Shown piece after piece: positions 51,024-61,874 of a stretch of DNA of 64,000 nt; position 1 is the stretch's first letter, and each line of letters starts with the position of its first letter. The position numbers and the translations under genes are program-made. The stretch covers positions 28,324,213 to 28,388,212 of the forward strand of contig OZ234493.1 of assembly GCA_965153455.1 (NCBI GenBank), in the 5' to 3' direction. This DNA comes from Sphagnum compactum (Eukaryota). Under the pieces are notes generated by a model. The model was not told the DNA's origin and ran no database searches. It worked only from the letters and a program-made list of their open reading frames with translations.

Positions 51024-51644
51024 TGTCGCAACCCTACTTTGAAGAGAGTGTGAGGATGAGATTCACACTCCCGAAATGGGGACTTGGGAGTCCTCCGGGA
51101 CTCCCGAAATTTTAGAGTTCAATTGCAGGGGTCAAAACACCTTGCATTGAAGAGTTCTTTATATCATTGGAAAGCTATTGAAGTGTAGATGTCGAAAATG
51201 GGCTTGCATGAGCCATTCGGACATCTGTACCACAAGTTATGACCAAAAGAAGGGCCAGGAGTCAAATTGGCAGTTTGACTCCCGACCACTAAAAGTCGGG
51301 AATCGACCCGAGCCCGGTGCGTGCAGGTGAAGTGCGACACACCGTTGGAAAGCTCTCAATGAGAGCTACAACTTTGCTTCAGACCACATCCCAATCGGAG
51401 GTCTAAGCAAAGAGCTATAGCCTCGCAAAGTTGCGGGAGTCCAAATTGGGATAGTTTCGGGACTCCTCCTTGGGAGTCCCGGGACAAAAAGCCATTCGGA
51501 TGTAGGCTCCGCGAAGAGACGCAGAGAATACTATATGGGGGAAGGTGGTGACTTCCCCCTAGTCCGGGCCGTGGTGCGTCTTGTGAGTGCAAAGTTGACG
51601 GTGGCTTGTCCTAGCACTAAAGGTGATCCAGAAAGTGAACTAAC
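51024..51644 (+). mobile_element. GC-rich LTR-like repeat starting TGTCGCAACCC; continues on the minus strand from 48530 to ~48467 across the inversion breakpoint
   Basis: Abrupt shift to CpG-containing, GC-richer sequence beginning with TG, with internal GGGAGTC/GACTCCC inverted words. From memory it resembles an abundant Sphagnum dispersed repeat (not searched). Confidence 0.6.
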
Positions 51645-53970
51645 CGTCTAGGGTCTACTAGGAATCCTTCCTCATAGACAATGTGTCCCAATAACATTCC
51701 CGAGTTGACACAAAATGCACATTTTTCTAGATTGAAACTTATGCCATTATTTCTACATTAGGTCATACATTTCTTAAAATGATTCAAATGTTTTTCTTTC
51801 TCTCCATAAACATTGAAATCATCTTTAAAAAATCGCATGAAATCGTTAAGATATTCTTTGAAAATTTGTGTAACCAATTTTTGAAAAGTGGTTGGAGCGT
51901 TACACAATCCAAATGGCATAATGTTATAGGCATATGTTCCCCATAAGTGATAAATGAATGTTTTCCCTTTATCTTCTTCAGCCATTCTCACTTGATTGTA
52001 ACCATTGTACCCATCAATAAAAGAATACATCTCATGTCCAACCATTGTGTCCAATATTAAATCCAAAAAAGGTAATTAATGGAAATGGATCTATCTTCGT
52101 TTGTGAATTCAACTTCTGGTAATCCACACAAATGCGTAATTTGCCATTTTTCTTCAATACGATTATTAGTAATGATAACCATTGGGTAATTTCAATATGG
52201 AAGATAAAATGTGCGTCCAATAACTTATCAAGATCTTCTCTTACCTTTAAAGCATAATTAAAGATTCATTTGGTAGGCTCATTGCTTAATCAAATGTGCA
52301 TCACCAGTCAATTCAATTTTGTATTCGCAAATTGATCTAGGAATTTCCTTTAGTTGCCCCAATTTAACCTCCATTTTCATATTAAAAATTGATCATCGAG
52401 CATCCTTTCCAACTTCCCTTGAAGAATAATTAAATTTTCTTTAGTACCAATTTGCTGCTCGTTAGCCTTGGTTGATTTTTTTCATATATCGTTATAAGAT
52501 ACTTTTTCTTTACTTTCTTCATGGTAAGGTAAAACTTCCTAATCTTGTTCTGGTCCTTCTTTGGTATTGATTGTTAATCTTTGGATATCCTTTGAAGTAT
52601 CTGGATATGGCTATGCTGGAACATCCATCTCGGCTTGTATTCGTTGTATTTCACCCATAAGTTCTTAATGTATTGCCTTTTTGCAATCCCATTTCATCCT
52701 TCTCCCTTTTGCGGGACTATTTTAGCTCATGATATTTTCCTCCTTAGGTTCCTTCAATTGTTGATTTCAAGTGGTTACAAATGTTGGTATAATGGGTATA
52801 CATTGTTCCACAATAACAACATTAACCCCAACCTTGGGTTGAAAATTTTTATTCTCATGTTCTAAATGTTGTTTCCATAGTGGATAGTCATTCCTTTGAT
52901 GTCCTTTTTTTCAGCAACAAAAAAATTCATATCACCTCCTTGTTGATTTCCATTATTTTAGTTGTAATTATTCCAGTTATAGCCATTTTGGTTATACCCA
53001 TTTCAACTAGACTGACCATCTTGATCTTGTCAATAACCTCGATTATTTTGGCATCCTTCATTCCATCCTTGGCGATTGTCTCGCCATCCTTGGCTATCCC
53101 TTCTTAAGTTATCATATCTAGGATTATTATTATCTAACTATCGAAAATTTTGTTCTTGCTTAACCTATTCAACTGGTGCTTTAGGTTGTACTACATTGAC
53201 CAAAATGTCCTTTTTGACATACTATCCTCCTAACTCCCTCAATGGACAGTCATTGGCTTCATGTTCTTGTCTTTGACATATGCTGCAAATTGTCTGCAAA
53301 AGTTTACATTCCTTTGTCAATGACCTTCATTATGACATTTTTGACAAAATACACCTCGTCAATATCCATCATCTCACTCCTTGCAATTTTTCCATTTTTT
53401 TTTCTTATGTTCATCATCAACTGATTCCTCATTTTAATCTTCACTATCCAACAATGGTTGAAATCATCTACTCCTGCGTGGTGTAGGCATCTCTTCTTCA
53501 ATTTCTCTTGCCAAATTAGCTACTTCAACAATCATTGTTTTTAGCATTCCAATAATGGTTAATTTAAACTTTTTTTTTAGTCCTTCCCTGAAGGTCTCTC
53601 TTAAATATACATCATCTGGTTGTTATGGTATAACAACACACAATTGTAAAAATCTATCATAATAATCTTCAACCGTTTCATGTTTCCATTGCTTCATTTT
53701 TCTCAAAGCTACTATGGTTTGTCTTTCGTTGCGGACATCATTGAATCTTGAAATAAATACACATTGAACATCTCCCCAGATTGCAACAAGATTTGTTATC
53801 TCATAACAGGTAAACCAACTTGCACTTTTTTTCGTAACATTGTAGGAAAATACTATAATTTATATGCATGAATGTCCTCACCATTCGTTACACATACTTT
53901 GGCTAATCTTCCAATGTGAGTTATTGTATCATCTCCATCATGGAACTTGGGTAATGGTATTCGTAATACA
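51645..53970 (-). mobile_element. Degenerate Ty3/gypsy gag (with CCHC zinc knuckles) and RT N-terminal/core region
   Basis: Minus strand gives PLPKFHDGDD...WF...ETVEDYYDRF...FREGL (gag), CSICQRQEHEANDC (knuckle), then KKNGKLRICVDYQKLN, YSFIDGYNGYNQV, YNIMPFGLCNAPTTFQ, FKDDFNVY and LLGHIV...VDPR (RT). Confidence 0.92.
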
Positions 53971-56900
53971 TTTGGTGCCACTATCGCCATTGTTGGGGGC
54001 ACATGTATTACAGATATTGTGAAGTGGGAAAATAAATTGGTTTGTTGTGCAACAAATGTTGGTCTTTCTTGTCATATTGATTGTTGTTCAACTGATTTAA
54101 ACAATGGATTTCTTATTGTATTGATTCTCTATGGTGTCACATTGTTATCCTCATATGAGATTGATTCGTCTTTGACTTTGATATCGAATAAGTTTGTTAG
54201 GAGGTTTTTAGCTAGAGTGAGAAACCCTTATATTAATTACAAGGATTGTGTTCCTATTTTGGTAGACTATTGTTTAGGTATGAGAGTTTCCGATTAGGAT
54301 TGAACTTCTCCTTCTTATCATGTTGATGTTTCATCTTCCTCATGTTCTTCATGTGTGGTTGATATTGTGGACTACACATTAACATCATTGGTAGTGGACT
54401 ACACTCCCTCAATTGTTGTTTGTGTAGCCAACACAGATGCTTCTTGAAACAACGGTTCTCGGAGCTAATCTTTTGTCTTGCTCCCCAAAATGCCTAACTC
54501 TCTTCATCAACTGTAGTATTAGAATGCTTAACCTAGAATTCAACATTCCTAAAATCTTATCATTTCTCTTCTTAGATTCTGTTTTATATTAACTTGTTCT
54601 CTACTTTTCTTCTTGTACATCATGGGTTCCCATGAACATATATCCTCTATCCTTTCTATCCCTCATATTTTGATGGTTCATGGCCTTTCAATTAAAGGTG
54701 GAATCATTAAATTAGGTATCAACATAATTTGCCCATATTCTTCTGAAGAATATTTTTCATTTCCTCTTGTTCTTAAACAAAATTCCCCTTTCTTCTTCTA
54801 GGTATCCATAATGCATCACATGGCATCCATTTTTCAATTAAAGCATTGATATTTACTTTGTTAAATTCTCTATGATCTAGTAATTTTATAACATGATGTG
54901 TTGTATAAACATTTTCATTCCGTAGTAATATAAGTAAATAAATTAGGATGGGAAGCCAACATTTCATTGAGTACATAATTATGTTCTTTTATTTTTAATA
55001 ATCATCTTTAAACGAGATACCCCTTCTTTCCTAAGTCTATATATTCCTTAAAAATCCTTAAATCCACATGGAAAAACAACTATTAAAATGTGCAAATAAT
55101 AAAACTCTAAATTGATTTCATATATTTCTACAAACGTTTTTTCAGCCATTTATAATAATAAGAGTGGTATTTGTTTTTCTTTGATGGATAATTCATTAGA
55201 GCAATATGATTCATTTCCATAGCTATATGCTACCAAATCCTCAACCCATCTACATCGTAATTGTAACAAATCAAGAGGTATCCACCATTTAATTTATGCA
55301 TTATTATTTGGTTTTAAATATTCTTTTTCATCTCTCATACTTACAATATGATTAGTCGATGTTACTTTGTCCACTCTTGTTAAAATAAAAACACAAACTA
55401 TTAATGGTAGCCATTTTCTATATTGACATAATTTTGCACCATCAATGTATAAAATATAATTTTGTAATGACCATACAATTGTTTTTCCATGTAATTTTTG
55501 TAAAATTAAGTCTTGGATTCCCATCGGTAATAATTTTAACCTATCCACAAATTCATTCCAATTGCCTTTTTGTGGACATGATCTTAGGGTAATCAAATAT
55601 GCGGATAGTGTCCATCCATACATACAATGATCTTTGAGCAATTATTTTGCTTCCTCTAATGGTAATGTAAGTTTTTCCCAAAGGACAAGATTATACCCTC
55701 TTATCATGTTTCCATACCATTTTTGAGTCTACGAATAAAATATTCTTTTAGACACATCTTTCTTGCATGGTATTGTTCAATTTCAGAGAATAACTCAAGA
55801 AAATCTTGGACATAGTTGGCACCTTCCAACAACATATATCCTAACGTTCTACCAAGTTGATTAACACAGAAAGCTCCTAAATTAGAATAACATTTACCTC
55901 CATATTGTAATTATATCCATTTGCTCAAGATATACACAGTACAAAATCCTACATTTACGAGATACAATTCTGCATGTTCCATTATAAACTCATGTTATTC
56001 CATATTTCACAACACCAATTCCCTAGCATGGTCGCCAAATGTTAGCGATGTTTTTTATGTGACTTGGGTATTCATCGCTGCTGGGTTATTATCTACCATC
56101 TACATGCAGTACCACATACCAGAGTAGTTAAGACATGTTACAAGTTGCAATTACTACCAGCAAGTAATGTGGAAGATGAAACATTCATACATAAGATCAT
56201 CTCGTGGTCATAAAATTAGTGTGTGTATTATCAGATTTGAGTACATAAGTATCATTTGTCCTAGGCTGCTTGGTAACAACTATTCCCTGCCCTCTTAATA
56301 TCTCCATCTTCCTCCTTGTCTTTTCAAACCTTTAGATAATTAAGCCTACGTCGTTTCAACAGGCCGATGGGTTTGACAGGTAAGCATGTTGATAACTAAA
56401 CCTGTTAAGTATGCCAAATATAGCCCTACTGACCCTCGGTAAGACATTTAACCCAAATCGGCTATAACTTAGTTTGGTAGACATATTGCTTTATTTTGGC
56501 AGGGTCCTTACACAGACTTCTTTAACTACTCCCTACTCACTATTTAGTAAGTGCTATATTCCTAACAAATAACAACTTTGTTTCAAATGTGTTTTTTACG
56601 CTTTAGTCCTTACCTTCTTTATCATTTTTATTCCCTTTTGTTATAGTTATATTCTTGTACTTCCTTTCATCATGGTCTTGCACATTAGAGCTTAAGGTGA
56701 ACTCCTTTCATGTTGCTCCTCTTTATGATTTACATTTTTTGTAAGTGTAGGTGGTGGTGTTGTGATCATCTTGCAACTCCAATCATTGTTATGAGCTTCA
56801 TGATCATCATATTTCATGCGAATTACACCATTTATTATCTTGCACATGATTTTGTCATGGTCTTGCCTTGTTGTTTAAAAATCACAATTGTGACATTTGG

Positions 56901-58276
56901 AATGCAATATTCTCATTTGTTTGCAAACGACAATTTTCAAAGATAATGCAAAATATAATAGTTATTTCATTTTTCTACACTTCATAGTTTTTCGTGGTAA
57001 TGGGAAGTGCAATACACCCATTTTGTTATAAACCTTAATTTTTCATGCAAGAATGACCACAATGTCACAATACCATTTGCAAATGCATATTCCATTTCCT
57101 ATTTGTCTGTTCATTCTTTAGAGGTTTATAAATGGTTTATTTTACAACAATGGAAATGAAAGCAAAGTTTAAAGATTCATGTTTTGGTTTTATATGTTGG
57201 GCTATGGCAAGTGTGCAAGGCAATTCAAACTTGAATGCTCTAGGCCCATTGCCAAATGAAGGAAGAATTGTTAGTTTTTCAAATGAAAAACTTGTTTGTC
57301 TCCTTACATCCAAATGATCTTACATTGAAGCCCATCCCTCTTATCCATAGATGTTAGTATAAACATTGAATTTTTTACCATTGAAAAAGCTTAATTAGTA
57401 AAAACTTTATTGACTTTGCATAAACAAATAAAATTATGGGTTTAGGATTTACAACACTATGGATAAAAATTGTATGAATATGTGTGTGTTTTTTTTGGGT
57501 GGTGTTTTACACTTGCACATTGTATTTTACATGGAAAGAAATAGCTTTACATGATTTTACACTTACACATTTCAAGTTATATTCTTACATGAAATATACA
57601 TATATTTGATAAACACTTACATTTGCCCAATTAATATATCAAAAACCACATACACACACAACATTGAATTACACCTATCTTCAACATATATATATATTTA
57701 ATGATCTACGTTAATAGGTATTCACATTTTTAGGGAGGGGTACTAGCCCATGTTGGAAATGGTGAGAAACAATTTTCAAAATAGAAATTTCATACAACCA
57801 ATGAGAAGGCTTAAATATGCACTTAAGGAGGCTTAATTGTTTCCATTTAGGTTTTGTGAGGAAAGGCCGCAGATTCTTTTTGAATTTGTTCCCAATATGT
57901 TCCATCAAGTTTACAAAATGTTCCCCAAGTTCCTCAAGACGTTCCCATTAACATATCAATTTTATCCCTTATTGTAAACTGGACACAATTCAACTTCCAT
58001 GTATATAACTTGTAAAAGGGGGGTCCAAAGGGGTGATTCTATTGGGAACTCTCCAATATTTATAAAAAATTGGTGATGGGCCAATCAATGTGGCTCTTTC
58101 AAGGGGAAAAGAAAAAAGTAATGTCCAATAGGCCTGTCCACACCAGGATTTTTTTTAAAAGATTTTGTGATGTAGCCAAGGTGGCAACCATCCAGAAACT
58201 AATTTAGCCAATTCTGGCTACATATCAGATATGAAAGTAGAAAAAAACCAGGAAATTTTTCTTTCTTTTTTTTTTA

Positions 58277-59012
58277 CTAAACCTTTTGCAAATTATTTTC
58301 ACAAGTTGAGAGTTCAAATTCTCAACAAGTTTGGCAAGTATTGATCAATATATTTTTCTATTTTTTTGGCTAAACTTTTTGCGAATTATTTTCACAAGTT
58401 GAGAGTTCAATTCTCAACAAGTTTGGCAAATATCAACAAAATTTTCTGTTTCTTTGGCTAAACCTTTTGCAAATTATTTTCACAAGTTGAGAATCAATTC
58501 TCAACAATTTTGGGAAATATCAATAATTTTTTCCCTTTTGTGAACTAAACCTTTTGCAAATTATTTTCGCAATAAGTTGACAGTTTAATTCTCAACAATT
58601 GGCAACTATGAATAAAATTTTCTCTTGTTTTGGCTGAACCTTTTGCAAATTTATTTTCACAAGTTGAGACTTCAATTCTCAACATTTTTGGCAAGTATCA
58701 ATAATTTTTTTCCCTTTTTGGCTAAACCTTATAGTGAACTATTTTCACAAGTTGAAAGTTCCACTCTCAACAAGTTTGGCAAATAATCAATAATTTTTTC
58801 TCTTTTTTTTTTTGGCTAAACCTTTTGTGCATTATTTTCTCAAGTTGAGAGTTCAATTCTCAACAAGTTTGGCAAATATCAATAAAAATTTCTCTTTTTT
58901 TTTGGGCTAAACCTTTTGCAAATAATTTTCACAAGTTGAGAGTTCAATTCTCAACAAGTTTGGCAAATATCAATAAAATTTTCCCTCTATTTTTGGCTAA
59001 ACCTTTTGCAAA
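58277..59012 (+). repeat. ~90-bp tandem array, 8 full copies plus a partial, each with an internal hairpin
   Basis: Units start CTAAACCTTTTGCAAATTATTTTCACAAGTTGAGAGTTCAATTCTCAACAAGTTTGGCAAATATCAATAA at 58277, 58370, 58458, 58545, 58634, 58722, 58816, 58907 and 58997. Confidence 0.95.
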
Positions 59013-59284
59013 TTCTTTGGTGTTGAACATCAGTGGTAGGTAAAGGTAATGTTTGCATCCTCTTGAAAGCATCATCATCATCACCATCACCATCACCATC
59101 ATGGAGCTGCTGCCACTTGTCTGCAAATGGGCAGGACAAATAGTCCGGTGTACCGGTCCAGTAGTCTGATGTGGATTGGTGCATGAGCATCAAACACTTG
59201 GCATTTCTCCACTTGGAACACAACATGGAATCTGTGTCATCACAATGCCCCATGTGTCAAGTGAAGGATTGTCAGCACTTTGGA

Positions 59285-59316
<32 letters not shown>

Positions 59317-59836
59317 TTTGCTCTTGATCAGCAGGCATCACTTTTGAGTTAGTAGAGAGAAAGGTTCACAGAACTAAGTGATGCAAGGTAGTACTAATAA
59401 TAACTGACACTTTGGTTTGTGAGAAAGGGAGAATTGAGTCTGGAGTTTTGGTTTCATTTGATTTCAGACCAATTGGTACCAATTCTTGATGAAGAATCAA
59501 TCATCTGAAGCTTTGTAGTTGAGATTTGTAGAAAACGGGAAGTTGATAATTTCCCTAGAATCTTACCAAAGGGGCATTTCCGCTGCAATACTAGTGAATG
59601 AATTCTTGTTTTTGAAGGTCTGATCAAAACCTTGCAAAAGGGCAATCGTGGGTGCCGCCTCCATATTTAGGTCAAGAGCTGGGTTTGTCTCATCAAAGTT
59701 CTAAACTTGCAAAAGAAAGAATCGGACTAGAACTTTGCGCTGCATAAAAAAAAAACAGGCGAGCAATTGGGTAGGGGGAGAGTGCTTCTGAAAACTGTTA
59801 GGGGTAATTTTTGAAGAAGCTTGCAACTTTGTAGTT

Positions 59837-61874
59837 ATGAAGACGAATTCCTTCCTGTACAGGCTGATGTCAATACGACAAAGAATGGGTGTCCCGCAGA
59901 AACAGAGATTGGGTCGTCTTGTTTCCACATCGACCATGTCCTCGCAATGCTTCTTCCATACTACACCCAAGTTCTCCCCCAGCTCCACAAGGATTAATGG
60001 TTGCAGTTCACCACCCAGAAAGTTTCAGGATGAAATTACAACTGGTGTACAGATTAGGGTTTTCAATATGTTGAAGAGGATCAATGAAGAATCGATGCCA
60101 CATTGCGGGGATACCGTTGCCAGAGATCATAAGGAAATTCGTCCAAAGTTTGGTAAGATTATGGGGAGTTTGGAACTTGGAGGAGTGAGGTACATGGGCA
60201 TAGGGAGTTTCAAGGGAGGCGGAAGACCAGCAGAACATGGACTACGCTTGCCTCCTAGTCCTAAGCCGGATGGTTCCAAAGAGAAACATGAGGTTTGAAA
60301 GCTCAAACCCATCATTTCTATCTTTTGTTTCTGCTCGTCACTCGCTGACTGCACTAGCTATATCTCATTTGATTCAAGCTGCTAGATGGTTGTGTAGGAT
60401 AATTGAACATTCTTGGGCGATGCAATGACGTCAAACTCTTCTTGATTTAGGGTTTAGGGTTTAGGGTTTGGAGCAGTGTTGGGCAGTTCTTGACTTTTAT
60501 GAACAACCTCTGGTTCTGGTTCCTTAAAAAAATTTAGAATGGTTCCAGTTCCACAAACAAATAGAACCCCAGGTCCAGTTCTGGTCTGGTTCTTGAAATC
60601 AATTGTTTGGATCAAGAGCAATGGGTGTGTAACTGTGATTTTGCTAAACAGAACAAGCAAAGTCTTGGCACCAGACTGTGTAGACACATCAATGCAATGG
60701 AAGTTCTAATTTGATGGTTATGCTTCATCAAGCTTTTTATATGGAAGGTGATCTTGGGTTTGTAGTAAGTAAGCTCCCAAAGGTTTGATTGGTTTGATAA
60801 ATTAGTAAACTACCTCAGTTCCTTATGGTTTTGGGTGTGCAGCAAGATGAAAGGGAGAAATTTTTGGGAAGTGCGAAGCAAGATCTAGCCACTCGCATTA
60901 GTGACACAGAAAGAACACTGCAGGATTCGACTGTGGAGGAATCAAGCCAGACCCACGTAACTGGAGGTGCCACAACTGAGCTCCAGTTTGGTGTGCAGGA
61001 TGGCGGCCCATCGGGTGTGGCTGTCGACAATGCTTATGAAGAACTCCTTAAAAAATCTGAGGTGTCAGGTATTGATGACTGTCCTGTCCATTGTCAATTG
61101 GAAGTTTCAGAGTTTTGGTGCATCTTATCATCTGTTGTGTGTTGCAGTGTGCAGTTGTTGTGCTACACTTTTTTGTTGCTTGTAAATTCATCCAATTTTG
61201 TGGTTCTATGTGACCATGGCTCCTAGCATTCATGACTGCACAGAACTCACACCCAGATCATCTTCATGCAAAATGCACAAGAATGTTTATTAAATATTTT
61301 GATCTATGCATTGCTCAAGAGTAAACTTATTTAGTGAAGTATGTTTGCAGATCATAGAAGGCAGACAGCTGGTGATAAAGGGCAATCTCTTGAGGAGACA
61401 AGCACCGTCACTGATCATGATGCTGACAATCCACATGTGGAGATTGCTTCTGAGGTTTGGAGTGCAATGGATGCTGACACAAGCCACTTTCTTGATGACT
61501 CAGACAAAGAAGAGGTTCAAGGACAAGAGAACGAGTCAATCATGGGAATCGGTTCTCGGGGACCTGGTGAAAGCCTTGAAGATGAATCTACAGGTCCTGG
61601 AGAAACAGTTCGCGAAACTTTGGATGCAACAAGAGCAGAAAATAGATCTGGGTCTAAAGCACGGACACCAAAACCAGGTGTAAGGGTTGGAAATGTTCCA
61701 GCAACAGGGGCAAGTGCAAATGAAACTGACCGTGGTGACATTCCAAAACTGAGCTCCAAGCAACAAAGCACAGGAGGTGAAACACTGGATCATGCCCAGC
61801 AGCAATATGAGAAATCTATTTCAGAGTTTGGACTTGGTGGTGACCAAAACCTGAAAGCAGATCCAACGAATTGA
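59837..61874 (+). CDS. Uncharacterised hydrophilic/acidic protein, ~401 aa, with an R/S/T-rich, acid-free N-terminus resembling an organellar transit peptide; exons 59837-60292, 60843-61068, 61351-61874
   Basis: Three ORF-track frames join in frame through canonical sites: GAG|GTTTGA ... GTGCAG|CAA (phase 0) and TCAG|GTATTG ... TTGCAG|AT (phase 1). The start codon is uncertain and no domain was recognised. Confidence 0.65.

Noticed and set aside
58277-59012. Hairpin-containing repeats as CRISPR-like
   Set aside because: The sequence between hairpins is conserved rather than unique; it is an ordinary tandem array.
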